Virus record (IMG/VR): IMGVR_UViG_3300025997_000012
Coordinates: 1 to 58,639 of that record
From: a virus
Lineage: Duplodnaviria > Caudoviricetes
Length of the DNA: 58,639 nucleotides
Strand: one strand, 5' to 3'
Below the pieces are notes generated by a model. It had not been told where the DNA came from and searched no databases. It saw only the letters and a program-made list of their open reading frames with translations. Positions 49,745 through 58,639 of the stretch are shown here, piece after piece. Position 1 is the stretch's first letter; each line of letters begins with the position of its first letter. A program made the position numbers and the translations under genes.

Positions 49745-49933
49745 ATGGATAATGAAACAATTCAATTAGCAATTGATAAGAAGTACTCTGATTTCTCAGA
49801 TAAAGTTAAAGCCGCGTTAAATACTAAAATGAGTAATCATCCAACTATGAAACAGCATACAGATGATATTAGTGAGATTAAGGAATATAAGAAAATATTT
49901 TCACAGATCAGCTCTAATGGTGAAGAGGAGTAA
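49745..49933 (+). CDS. Small prohead core protein
   Basis: Position before prohead protease; strong RBS. Confidence 0.55.
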   Translation: MDNETIQLAIDKKYSDFSDKVKAALNTKMSNHPTMKQHTDDISEIKEYKKIFSQISSNGEEE

Positions 49934-49936
49934 GTT

Positions 49937-50632
49937 ATGAAACTTATTTATGATTTAGATGCTACTAATACATTTGAGGTTGAAGAAAACCTTGATGAAT
50001 CAAGTGGTAAGAAAACAAAGAAATATAAGATAAGTGGTGTATTTAGTACAATAGGTAAGAGAAATCGTAATGGTCGTATTTACCCTAAGAATTTATGGGA
50101 ATCACAAGTAACTAATTATCAAGATAATTTTAGTAATGGTTCTATTAATACATTAATGGAATATGAACATCCAGCACGTGCAAATATTAAGCCTATGGAT
50201 GCAGTAGCAAAAATTACCAAGTTAAACGTCGAAGGTGATTATGTTATTGGTGAAGCTGTTTTATTGAATAATGAAAGAGCGAATAAGCTTAAAGATTTAA
50301 TTGATAACGGTATTAAGTTATCTGTATCTTCACGTGCTGTAGGTACTATTAATAATGGTATTGTTGAGAAATTTAAATTGATTACTTATGATATTGTATC
50401 AGCTCCTAGTGATTATAATGCCACTATGAATGGTGTAGTTGAAAGCTATCAGTTAAATGAAGGTATTATTGAAGATCTTAATTTCAGTTTAGATGATTAT
50501 GGTAATATTGTACCATTTAATGAAAATTTATGTTCTGTTTCAGGTGCATGCGATATGTATGCTAAAGATGACATTCATAGCGCTATTGAAACGAAGTTTA
50601 ACGAATTTCTAGAAAAAATTAAAAAATTATAA
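49937..50632 (+). CDS. gp21: Prohead protease gp21
   Basis: I.GVF......NRNGRIYP, EYEHP, VSSRAVG, DIVSAPS. Confidence 0.93.
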   Translation: MKLIYDLDATNTFEVEENLDESSGKKTKKYKISGVFSTIGKRNRNGRIYPKNLWESQVTNYQDNFSNGSINTLMEYEHPARANIKPMDAVAKITKLNVEGDYVIGEAVLLNNERANKLKDLIDNGIKLSVSSRAVGTINNGIVEKFKLITYDIVSAPSDYNATMNGVVESYQLNEGIIEDLNFSLDDYGNIVPFNENLCSVSGACDMYAKDDIHSAIETKFNEFLEKIKKL

Positions 50633-50698
50633 ATATAAATATAGTTACGAATGAGTAAATATTAAAGAATTTTATTAACAAATAAGGAGATTGATTAC

Positions 50699-51421
50699 AT
50701 GGGTTTAAAAAAACTTTTTGAATCATTGGATAATAAGGTTTTCACAGATGAATTAAAAGAGTCTTTAGAAACATCTTTTAATGAAGCGGTTGAATCAAAA
50801 GCTATTATTCTAATGGATGAAAAATTAGAAGAAAAAATGGATGAGTTGGAGGAACGTGCCGACGAACACATTAAATTATTAAATGAAGATAAAGAAAAAG
50901 AACTTAATGAAGCTAAAGAAGAAATATCCAACAATGTTAACATGTATCTTGATCGTGTTGTTGATGATTTCTTAGAAGAAGTAAAAACAAAATTGGATGA
51001 GTCTGTATTATCTGAAAAAGCTGATATGATAGTTGAAGCATTCGATAGTATGTTGATTGCTACAGGTGTTAAGGTTGCTGATATTGTTGAAGCAAAAGAT
51101 AATTCTAATGTTTCTAAACAATTAGAAGAATCTAAGGTAAAATATGATGCATTAGTTGAAGAAGTATTTTCTTTGAAAAATGAAAACGAAAAACTAATTG
51201 TAATGGGTGCTATTGCTGAAATGTCTGAAGATTTATCTTTAGTTGAATCAGAAAAATTCAAAAAATTAGCTGAATTAGTTGAATTTACTAATGACAGTAA
51301 ATATGTTGAAAAACTTGAAACTATTAAAGAAAGTGTTCAAGGTACTTCAAAATCAGAAGACAACATTAATGAAAACACTGATAAAGACGAACCAGAAGCC
51401 GATTGGAAGCGTTTCGTTTAA
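50699..51421 (+). CDS. gp22: Prohead scaffold protein gp22
   Basis: Acidic coiled coil, FNEAV, YLD.VVD.F, KLETIKES; between gp21 and gp23. Confidence 0.85.
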   Translation: MGLKKLFESLDNKVFTDELKESLETSFNEAVESKAIILMDEKLEEKMDELEERADEHIKLLNEDKEKELNEAKEEISNNVNMYLDRVVDDFLEEVKTKLDESVLSEKADMIVEAFDSMLIATGVKVADIVEAKDNSNVSKQLEESKVKYDALVEEVFSLKNENEKLIVMGAIAEMSEDLSLVESEKFKKLAELVEFTNDSKYVEKLETIKESVQGTSKSEDNINENTDKDEPEADWKRFV

Positions 51422-51529
51422 TCGTGATTAAGTTTTGTTAGTTTTTTAATTTTATTTTAATAAAAATATAAATAAAAAAATATAAAAAACAAATTTTATA
51501 TATTATAATAATTAAGGAGAATTTTAAAA

Positions 51530-52855
51530 ATGCAAAAAATTCAAGCTTTACTTGAAAGTTCTAAATATACACCATTATCTGAAGCAGATAACGTTTCAAT
51601 GACTATGATGTTAAAGAACACAGAAATTGAAAATGAACGTCTAATGAACGAAGGTACTTTGTCTGGCGATGTTGCTCAATTTACACCAATCTTAATGCCT
51701 ATGGTTCGTAGAGTATATCCTAACTTGATTGCAAATGAGTTACTTGGTGTACAGCCTATGTCTATGCCTACTGGTTTTATTTATGCAATGACTAACCAAT
51801 ATACTGGTACTGCTGATACGGGTTCAAATGCTAATTCAATCATAATCGAGATGTCACGTCCTACTGGTTTAGTTGCTGGTGGTACAATTACTGGTGATAC
51901 TTCTGGCGCAGTAGCTACTGTTGTTTATGTTGAAGGTGCTAAGCTTTTAGTTGAACTTACAGCTGGTATTTTAACAGCTGAGACAATTAATACTGGTGCA
52001 GAAACTATTACAGGTATCTTTACTAACGAAGCATCATTCTCAAGAATATTCAAGAATTACACTGGTTCTTATTCAACTGCGGAAGCAGAACAATTATCAC
52101 GTGATATGCGTGAAGTTGGTTTCAGTATTGCGAAGAAAACTGTTGAAGCACGTTCAAGAGCTTTAAAAGGTCAATATACTGTTGAAATGTATCAAGATTT
52201 GAAAAATCAACATGGCAAATTAGCTGATGAAGAAATCATGAGTATGATGTCCTATGAAATGCAAGCTGAATTAGATCGTGAAGTTGTTGATTTTGTTAAT
52301 GCTAATGCAACACAATTGCAAAATACTACAAGCTTTACACAAGCATCTGATAACACAGGGCGTTGGGAAATTGAAAAATTCCGTAGAGAATCTGTTCGTA
52401 TCTCTTCAGAAGCAAAACAAATCGGTCTAGATACCAAGCGTGGACAAGGTAACATTCTTGTTGTATCTCCTAAAGTTTCTACAATGTTAGAACAAGCGGG
52501 TACTTTCAAGGTTGCTGAACAAAAAGCAAATATCAATACACCAGTTTCTGGTGGTGTTGCAGGTACATTTGATGGTAAATATAAAGTTGTTATCGATCAA
52601 TATGCTACTTCTGATTATTGCACAGTAATGTATAAAGGTGTTGACAGACGTGATGCAATGGGCTTCTTCGCTCCATATGTTCCTATGTCATTCACTAAAG
52701 TAACAAACGCAGACTCTGGTCAACCAGCAGTTATCGCGAAAACTCGTTATGCATTGGATACAATTCCTGGTGTTAGTTCGCCTACGTCAAATGACCGTGC
52801 TGCTACTTATGCTCGTTCATTCGGTATCGACTTCACAAATACTGTTTTAGCTTAA
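51530..52855 (+). CDS. gp23: Major capsid protein gp23
   Basis: PMVRR..P.LIA....GVQPM..PTG, V.ARSRALK, QDLK..HG, FFAPYVP, KTRY. Confidence 0.97.
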   Translation: MQKIQALLESSKYTPLSEADNVSMTMMLKNTEIENERLMNEGTLSGDVAQFTPILMPMVRRVYPNLIANELLGVQPMSMPTGFIYAMTNQYTGTADTGSNANSIIIEMSRPTGLVAGGTITGDTSGAVATVVYVEGAKLLVELTAGILTAETINTGAETITGIFTNEASFSRIFKNYTGSYSTAEAEQLSRDMREVGFSIAKKTVEARSRALKGQYTVEMYQDLKNQHGKLADEEIMSMMSYEMQAELDREVVDFVNANATQLQNTTSFTQASDNTGRWEIEKFRRESVRISSEAKQIGLDTKRGQGNILVVSPKVSTMLEQAGTFKVAEQKANINTPVSGGVAGTFDGKYKVVIDQYATSDYCTVMYKGVDRRDAMGFFAPYVPMSFTKVTNADSGQPAVIAKTRYALDTIPGVSSPTSNDRAATYARSFGIDFTNTVLA

Positions 52856-52874
52856 TCTTAAAGATTAAAACTTT

Positions 52875-52902
52875 TATAAAACCCACTTATGTGGGTTTTA
52901 TA
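52875..52902. terminator. Bidirectional terminator between gp23 and thyA
   Basis: TATAAAACCCAC-TTAT-GTGGGTTTTATA perfect inverted repeat. Confidence 0.85.
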
Positions 52903-52908
52903 TTATAT

Positions 52909-53769
52909 TTAAACAGCCATTGTAGCTTTAATACTATCCATAGGACTATAATTTAATAACGTATAATCAATAGTCTTTGTCAATAATAATTCATCTAATG
53001 TATAAAAATTGGGCATCTGTAATGTAGGCAATTTACGTGGTGCTCTCATTAACTGCTCATTAACTTGACCAAAATGATTCTTATAAATGTGACAATCACC
53101 ACCTACCCAAATAAATTCACCTACGTGTAATCCTGTAATCTGCGCAAACATATGTGTTAATAATGAATAACTTGCTATATTAAATGGTACACCCAAAAAC
53201 ATATCAGCACTTCTTTGATACAACTGACAAGATAACTTGCCATTTACTACTCTGAATTGTGATAATACATGACATGGCGGTAATGCCATTTGATCAATTT
53301 GTAAAGGATTCCATGCACTTAATAAGATTCTTCTAGAATCTGGATTATCCATAATTTCATTCAATACATTAACAATTTGATCTACATTTTCATTGTTAAA
53401 TCTTCTCCATTGCCCACCATAAACAGGTCCTAATTCTTTCCTTTTGTTATTATTAATATATCCTAATTTTACACCTTGGGAATCAGCATTAGCAGTCCAA
53501 ATTGTTTTCTTATCAGCCAAATTTAATCTATCATCTTCATATAAAATTTCAGCTAATCGTCTTTCGTTTTCTGAACCTTCTAAAAACCATAATAATTCAC
53601 TAACAACAGACTTCCATGCTAATCGTTTAGTCGTCATAGCTGGAAAACCTTCTTGTAAATTAAAGCGCATACTATATCCAAAAATACTTCTAGTTCCTAC
53701 ACCTGTTCTATCATTTACATCTTCACCATAATTTAAAATGTATTTTAATGAATCTAAATACTGTTTCAC
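52909..53769 (-). CDS. thyA: Thymidylate synthase
   Basis: DRTGVGT, ELLWFL.G, LGPVYG.QWR, MALPPCH, YQRSAD.FLGVPFN. Confidence 0.98.
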   Translation of the reverse strand: MKQYLDSLKYILNYGEDVNDRTGVGTRSIFGYSMRFNLQEGFPAMTTKRLAWKSVVSELLWFLEGSENERRLAEILYEDDRLNLADKKTIWTANADSQGVKLGYINNNKRKELGPVYGGQWRRFNNENVDQIVNVLNEIMDNPDSRRILLSAWNPLQIDQMALPPCHVLSQFRVVNGKLSCQLYQRSADMFLGVPFNIASYSLLTHMFAQITGLHVGEFIWVGGDCHIYKNHFGQVNEQLMRAPRKLPTLQMPNFYTLDELLLTKTIDYTLLNYSPMDSIKATMAV

Positions 53770-54260
53770 AATTTTCTCCTCAATGTTTTATAAATATTTC
53801 CTGTCTGTGTTCGTCTGATATCCACACATTCGAAATTAACTAATTCACTCAAATGAATAAATTTATCACAATCAAAATCACCTTTAATCTTAGTAACTGA
53901 TATTTCTTCAATTATGTCTAAACATTGCATAATTAAATCACGTCCACCAATAATCCATACACTTATTGGCCCATCTAATTCTTTAATAATCGATTTAATA
54001 TCGCCTGATATCTTAATCGCTCCTTCAAATTTTTTATCAGCATTACTAACTACAATATTAATTCTATCCTTTAATGGTGCAGGAAAACACGGATCATTCC
54101 ACGTATTACTACCCATCACAACAATAGAATTAGTCGTACAATGCTGAAAATGTTTCATGTCTTCTTTATTTTTAGGCCATGGTAATGTTCCATCTTTACC
54201 AAGTCCACCTTTCTCATCTATCGCAAATATCGCTTTTATCATGTTATTTTTGATTCCCAA
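53766..54260 (-). CDS. folA: Dihydrofolate reductase
   Basis: GLGKDG.LPW....DM.HF, VVMG..TW, PL..RINIV, IIGG. Confidence 0.95.
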   Translation of the reverse strand: MGIKNNMIKAIFAIDEKGGLGKDGTLPWPKNKEDMKHFQHCTTNSIVVMGSNTWNDPCFPAPLKDRINIVVSNADKKFEGAIKISGDIKSIIKELDGPISVWIIGGRDLIMQCLDIIEEISVTKIKGDFDCDKFIHLSELVNFECVDIRRTQTGNIYKTLRRKL

Positions 54261-54575
54261 TTTTTGTAATTTTTATTTAAACATTATTTTTGCTTCTTTA
54301 GAATTAATAAAACCCTTCATTTTCTAGATGATTTAGAATATATAATACTTAATTTAATGTATCACACAATTCTTCTAAAAATGTTTCTATTGTTCATTCC
54401 GCAGATTTAGATGCATTTACAGAATTAATAAATTATAAAAATTCTCGATTAACTTCTCCGACTTCTTCATTAAATTTCAGTACATTCTTCCAACGTGGTA
54501 TATCCATTAATGTTGCACTTAATTCCTCAGTTTTCCATAATCAATAAAATCTTTCATAATTCTCCTTTTTGTATA

Positions 54576-55511
54576 TTATAAATCCAAACATATTAATCCC
54601 TTAAAATTTTTCGTGTCAATATGATAAAATTTATCCTGTATAAAATAATGTTGTATTTCTCGATTAACATAAAACTTTGGTTGATTTACATTTATATTTT
54701 TGTTCATTTGTTTAATAATCTGTGAAATTCTACCTTTACTTTTGTTAGTTAATTTACCAACTTTAGTCATATTATGATGTAATAAAAATAAATTAACTAT
54801 ATTATATTCATCTTTGTCCAAATACAATTTAGTCAAATATTCAATCACAAATGTATATTTTTTATAGTACCCAATATTTTTTGCAATGGACATTAAACGG
54901 TTTGAACTAGCTTTAGATAAGTCTTGTAAAGTACATTTATTAAAAACAATGAATTCTTTTATAAACATGTAGTCATTATTCGTGAATTTTATATCAATAT
55001 ATAATTCTTGTACATCTTTTGGAGCATTTAATATATGTTTTCTTTTCCTTCTATTATCACTTGTTTTACTTGAAAACATTGTATTAAAGATTAACTTATT
55101 ATAATAATCTTTTGGTAATTTCATAATACATACGAATTCAATTATGTTAGATACACATTTATAATACTCGTTTTTTGTCAATAAACCAGGTTTGTATTCA
55201 GTACGAACTTGTTCTAAATTTTTATCGTAATAAACATTATATCCTTTATTATTTTCTTTTTTGTCAGTGTCTTTGATTCTTGTATAGTCTTTAATTTTAG
55301 ATAAGATTTTTATTTTTTCTTGAACATAATTAAGACATTCGTAATAATTATCAAAAGTTTTATACTCTCGATATGTATAATATATATTCTTTTCTATTAG
55401 TCTTTTTGTTATTCCATTTTTGATTCCATCACGACTAAATCCAAAATAAAACATCTTTAAAGAATCAAATCTAACTAAATAACATCTATATTTCATTTTA
55501 TATCTCTCCAT
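54576..55511 (-). CDS. Hypothetical protein, GIY-YIG-like N-terminus and C-terminal HTH
   Basis: CYLVRF....FYFGFSR...R; MTKVGKLTNKSKGRISQII resembles a sigma region-4 HTH. Confidence 0.45.
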   Translation of the reverse strand: MERYKMKYRCYLVRFDSLKMFYFGFSRDGIKNGITKRLIEKNIYYTYREYKTFDNYYECLNYVQEKIKILSKIKDYTRIKDTDKKENNKGYNVYYDKNLEQVRTEYKPGLLTKNEYYKCVSNIIEFVCIMKLPKDYYNKLIFNTMFSSKTSDNRRKRKHILNAPKDVQELYIDIKFTNNDYMFIKEFIVFNKCTLQDLSKASSNRLMSIAKNIGYYKKYTFVIEYLTKLYLDKDEYNIVNLFLLHHNMTKVGKLTNKSKGRISQIIKQMNKNINVNQPKFYVNREIQHYFIQDKFYHIDTKNFKGLICLDL

Positions 55512-55575
55512 TTTAAATAATTATATCACAATTAAACATTTATGTAAATATGTTTATTATAAAAATACGAAATAA

Positions 55576-55583
55576 GCCGATAT
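55576..55583 (+). promoter_or_regulatory. sigma28 (FliA)-like -10 element GCCGATAT
   Basis: 7/8 match to GCCGATAA, 50 bp upstream of flagellin ATG; no canonical TAAA at 15-bp spacing. Confidence 0.55.
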
Positions 55584-55632
55584 ATTAATTGTAAACAGAA
55601 ACAAAATAAATTAATTAAAAGAGGATATAAAA

Positions 55633-56457
55633 ATGACATTATCTATTAACACAAATATCGGTTCAGTTATTGCTGGCAACCAATTGAATAAATTAAATAA
55701 TGAATATGGCTCATTACAGGAACAAGCAACAACTGGTAAAAAAATCAACAGAGCTGCAGATGATGCTGCAGGTATGGCAATCTTAATGGGAATGAAAAAA
55801 ACCTTCATGGGCAATGAATCAGCGATGAATAACATTACACGTGGTAAAGATTTGTTAGCAGTACAAGAAGAAGCAATGACTACTATAAACACAATGATGG
55901 AACGTTTAAAAGAACTAGCGGTAACATCGGCCGATGGTACAATGTCAGCCGCTGATAGAACAAAAAATAACACTGAAGCACAATCATTAATGGGTGAAAT
56001 GGATCGTATTGCAAAAGCAACTACATATAACGGAATACAATTATTAGATGGTTCTGTGACCTCTGTAACCTTACAGGTAGGTTCTGGAAATACTGTTAAT
56101 GATCAGATTGCTGTTACAAACTACGATGCTACATTAGCCAGTATGAACATTAATGGTGGTGATATATCAACTGTAGTAGGTGCACAAACATTCTTGGATA
56201 ATTTAGATATTGATAACACAACATTAACATCTGGTTTGTCATCTATTGGGTCTACAACTAATCGATTAGATTATGCGAATGAAAACTTAGTTAACATGAA
56301 CAAATCATTAGAATCATCAATGTCAAGTATCGAAGATGCTGATATGGCGAAAGTTTCAGCACAATTAGCTAAAAATGAAACATTACAGCAATTAGGTTAT
56401 TCAATGTTAGCGAAATCTAATCAACAACCACGTTCTTATTTGAGTCTTTTCGGCTAA
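55633..56457 (+). CDS. fliC: Flagellin (minimal D0/D1 type)
   Basis: INTN, TGKKINRAADDAAGMAI, RLKELAV.SADGT, T.YNGIQLLDG, LQVG, IG...NRL, S.IEDADMA, SMLAKSNQ.P...LSL. Confidence 0.95.
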   Translation: MTLSINTNIGSVIAGNQLNKLNNEYGSLQEQATTGKKINRAADDAAGMAILMGMKKTFMGNESAMNNITRGKDLLAVQEEAMTTINTMMERLKELAVTSADGTMSAADRTKNNTEAQSLMGEMDRIAKATTYNGIQLLDGSVTSVTLQVGSGNTVNDQIAVTNYDATLASMNINGGDISTVVGAQTFLDNLDIDNTTLTSGLSSIGSTTNRLDYANENLVNMNKSLESSMSSIEDADMAKVSAQLAKNETLQQLGYSMLAKSNQQPRSYLSLFG

Positions 56458-56485
56458 AATTAGTCTAAAATACGAAAAAACAACT

Positions 56486-56534
56486 ATTTACATATTAGGT
56501 TTTATTAGTTATAATAAAATCTAACAAATAAAGG
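56486..56534 (+). promoter_or_regulatory. Early promoter cassette upstream of flaG-like gene
   Basis: TTTACA 56487-56492, 17 bp, TATAAT 56510-56515, AACAAATAAAGGA. Confidence 0.85.
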
Positions 56535-56543
56535 AATACTTAA

Positions 56544-56891
56544 ATGATTGAATCAATGAAAAATAATGATATTTCACGATTGTCCAATAGTATTCAGAAT
56601 GTGCAACCTGAAGCTTCAAAAGAGTTGCTGGCTAAAGAATTAAAAAAATCAGAAGGTTCTGAATTAAATATTAGTCTTGAAGCATATCAAAGATTAAAAG
56701 ATGATTGGGCTGAAGATAAAACTAAAACATCCTTAAAATTAGAGAAAGATGATTATGGTGATATTATATATCGCTTTTATGACAAGAAAACAGATGAATT
56801 AATTAAAGAAGTTCCATCAGAAGATGCTCGTAATAATTCTAAAAGAATTTCTGACTATCTTGACAAAATTACTAAAGATTTATTTAATTAA
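56544..56891 (+). CDS. flaG: FlaG-family flagellar protein
   Basis: L....D..G.II....DK.T.ELIKEVPSE......RI pattern; directly after flagellin as in bacterial loci. Confidence 0.75.
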   Translation: MIESMKNNDISRLSNSIQNVQPEASKELLAKELKKSEGSELNISLEAYQRLKDDWAEDKTKTSLKLEKDDYGDIIYRFYDKKTDELIKEVPSEDARNNSKRISDYLDKITKDLFN

Positions 56892-57191
56892 AGGAAAACA
56901 TGAAAAAATTAGTTTGTATGTCTTAACAACCTTTCTATTTTAGAACACTAAAAATGAAGTACGTGAAAGAATCGGCATTTGAAGTGGTTGTTCATGTTGT
57001 TCATGTTGTTTGAATACATCAAATACATAAACAACATATAATAAAATAATTGTAGTTGAATAAAACATGATTATTAAACTGGACGGTTTTTATACAATAA
57101 AAATAATGTCAGTGTTACTTACTGGTTTATAACATAACAAATTATAAGTCTTGTTGTACAAATTGACCCATTAAATAAGGAATTAAATAAA

Positions 57192-57599
57192 TTAAGATAA
57201 TTTCTTAATAGTAACGAATTTTTTCTGTTCTTGAATATATTCATCACTATTATTATAGAATGTATATCCAAAAACTCTTAATACATTATAAAATAATTTT
57301 CTTTTAATATAACCAACACCAGCCTCTTTTAACAGATCAATAAATAGTTGGTCTGATTCTTTTCTTGATAATAAATTAGTTGCATATAATGCGTCATGAA
57401 TTATACTTGGCCCAACATAATTACCATTCAATGGACAACCAACAATACTCCATGCAAATCTAGGAATAGTCGCTCCATCAGTTATAAATCCCTTTTTTAT
57501 GATTATGTCATAGTATTTATTTGTATATTGGAATTTCTTATAAATTTCATAATTATCTGAATTAATTCTTTTTAATATTGTTTCTGTTTTATAACTCAT
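57192..57599 (-). CDS. DUF1353-family protein
   Basis: GFITDGATIPR..W, IIHDALY, R.ESD.LF...L...GV, V.R.FG. Confidence 0.9.
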   Translation of the reverse strand: MSYKTETILKRINSDNYEIYKKFQYTNKYYDIIIKKGFITDGATIPRFAWSIVGCPLNGNYVGPSIIHDALYATNLLSRKESDQLFIDLLKEAGVGYIKRKLFYNVLRVFGYTFYNNSDEYIQEQKKFVTIKKLS

Positions 57600-57602
57600 A
57601 TT

Positions 57603-58637
57603 CTATATCCAATCTCTAAATATAGGAAACGAACCACCTGATTCAGGGATAATCATATCACGGTCCCAAGTTGCATGTATTCCGCCATGAGTTTCCGATG
57701 TTATTGCATATCTGAATTCGATTACGCCGGTTGTTAATATGGTTATTAAAAGTGATTGAGATACAAAACTATCGCGATAACTCTTAAAGATTACCTTAAC
57801 TAGGGTTTTAGGATATAAACTGGTGTCAAATGTATAAACTGGTGATACTAACGTTAAACGCTCAGTAATGCTTTTATATTCGAGAGACCACGCATCAAGC
57901 GTAATTTCTGCTGCTGATAATGTGAATGATGGTATTCTAAATTGAACTGTTGAATGGTCATTTCTGAATTCAAACAGCGTATTATCTGGAACTCCTGGCA
58001 AGCTTGTTAAATCTATACTCGAAACACTACCAAATCCTGTTGTTTGTGCACTAGGTAAATCAGTTAAATCATTATATGATATTTGTCCTTCTGTACTACC
58101 AGCAGTATGTGAGTGTACTGATGGTGCATAAGGATGTGTATGTCCTGTATCTGATTTGCCAGCTAAAGTTCCTGATAAATCAATAACATCACTCATAGGA
58201 TGTGTATGTCCTGTATCTGATTTGCCAGCTAAAGCTCCTGATAAATCAATAACATCACTCATAGGATGTGTATGTGTTGCATTAGCAAATGCAGTAGCAT
58301 GTTTACCATCTAACAAGTCAGCATTTAAACTAGTCACTAAAGCTGCACTTTGTACTGTAAAGGGTGCACCAGAAGTTGTTGTTGAGTTTAACACATTACC
58401 AGTAATATTACCTGTAGTATCATTATTACCTAATGTAGTAATATTACCATTGTTAATGATATTACCTAATGTATCAATGCTAGCATTATCATTTGATATA
58501 ATACCACCTGATGTAATATTACCTGTAGTATCATTATTACCTAATGTAGTAATATTACCATTGTTAATGATATTACCTAATGTATCAATGCTAGCATTAT
58601 CATTTGATATAATACCACCTGATGTAATATTACCTGT
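57603..58637 (-). CDS. Tail fibre protein, 3' part (continues beyond window)
   Basis: Frame open to window end; LNADLLDG.H, HTH/HSH motifs, GN-rich repeats. Confidence 0.8.
   Translation of the reverse strand, partial: TGNITSGGIISNDNASIDTLGNIINNGNITTLGNNDTTGNITSGGIISNDNASIDTLGNIINNGNITTLGNNDTTGNITGNVLNSTTTSGAPFTVQSAALVTSLNADLLDGKHATAFANATHTHPMSDVIDLSGALAGKSDTGHTHPMSDVIDLSGTLAGKSDTGHTHPYAPSVHSHTAGSTEGQISYNDLTDLPSAQTTGFGSVSSIDLTSLPGVPDNTLFEFRNDHSTVQFRIPSFTLSAAEITLDAWSLEYKSITERLTLVSPVYTFDTSLYPKTLVKVIFKSYRDSFVSQSLLITILTTGVIEFRYAITSETHGGIHATWDRDMIIPESGGSFPIFRDWI
58131..58275. repeat. 66-bp intragenic repeat (HTHPMSDVIDLSGxLAGKSDTG)
   Basis: AGGATGTGTATGT at 58131, 58197, 58263. Confidence 0.9.
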
Positions 58638-58639
58638 AG
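58402..58639. repeat. 111-bp intragenic tandem repeat (37 aa)
   Basis: GTAATATTACCTGTAG at 58402, 58513, 58624. Confidence 0.92.

Noticed and set aside
50695-52536. Minus-strand ORFs 50695-51261 and 52252-52536, and similar antisense ORFs elsewhere (e.g. 37108, 38982, 40032, 55611)
   Set aside because: Fully overlap well-supported genes on the opposite strand
55633-56891. Host chromosomal flank or prophage boundary
   Set aside because: Flanked on both sides by phage genes, flaG carries the phage promoter cassette, and there is no integrase, att site or other flagellar gene

Overview
This is a segment of a strongly AT-rich, lytic T4-like myophage genome. Its virion module resembles that of the T4-like Campylobacter phages, and a flagellated Gram-negative host, possibly Campylobacterota, is inferred but not shown. 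1-16.3 kb holds early accessory genes behind a repeated sigma70-type promoter cassette, plus uvsW, nrdB/nrdA, dCMP deaminase and dNMP kinase. 16.6-25 kb holds tandem repeats, a large helical + TerD-like protein preceded by an array of structured hairpin units, a phosphatase, an orphan HicB-like gene, a cluster of 16 tRNA or tRNA-like genes and a circularly permuted (two-piece) tmRNA. 25-30.5 kb is the lysis region. 30.8-52.9 kb holds EndoVII, gp33, gp55 and the baseplate, tail and head genes under TATAAATA late promoters. Then come thyA/folA, a phage-encoded flagellin + FlaG module and the 3' end of a tail fibre gene. The most notable items are (i) the flagellin with a sigma28-like -10 box plus FlaG, (ii) the permuted tmRNA with a long structured intervening segment, and (iii) the putative Ro/TROVE-like-TerD protein with its upstream candidate ncRNA array. 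All protein calls come from motif recognition by eye; no database searches were run.
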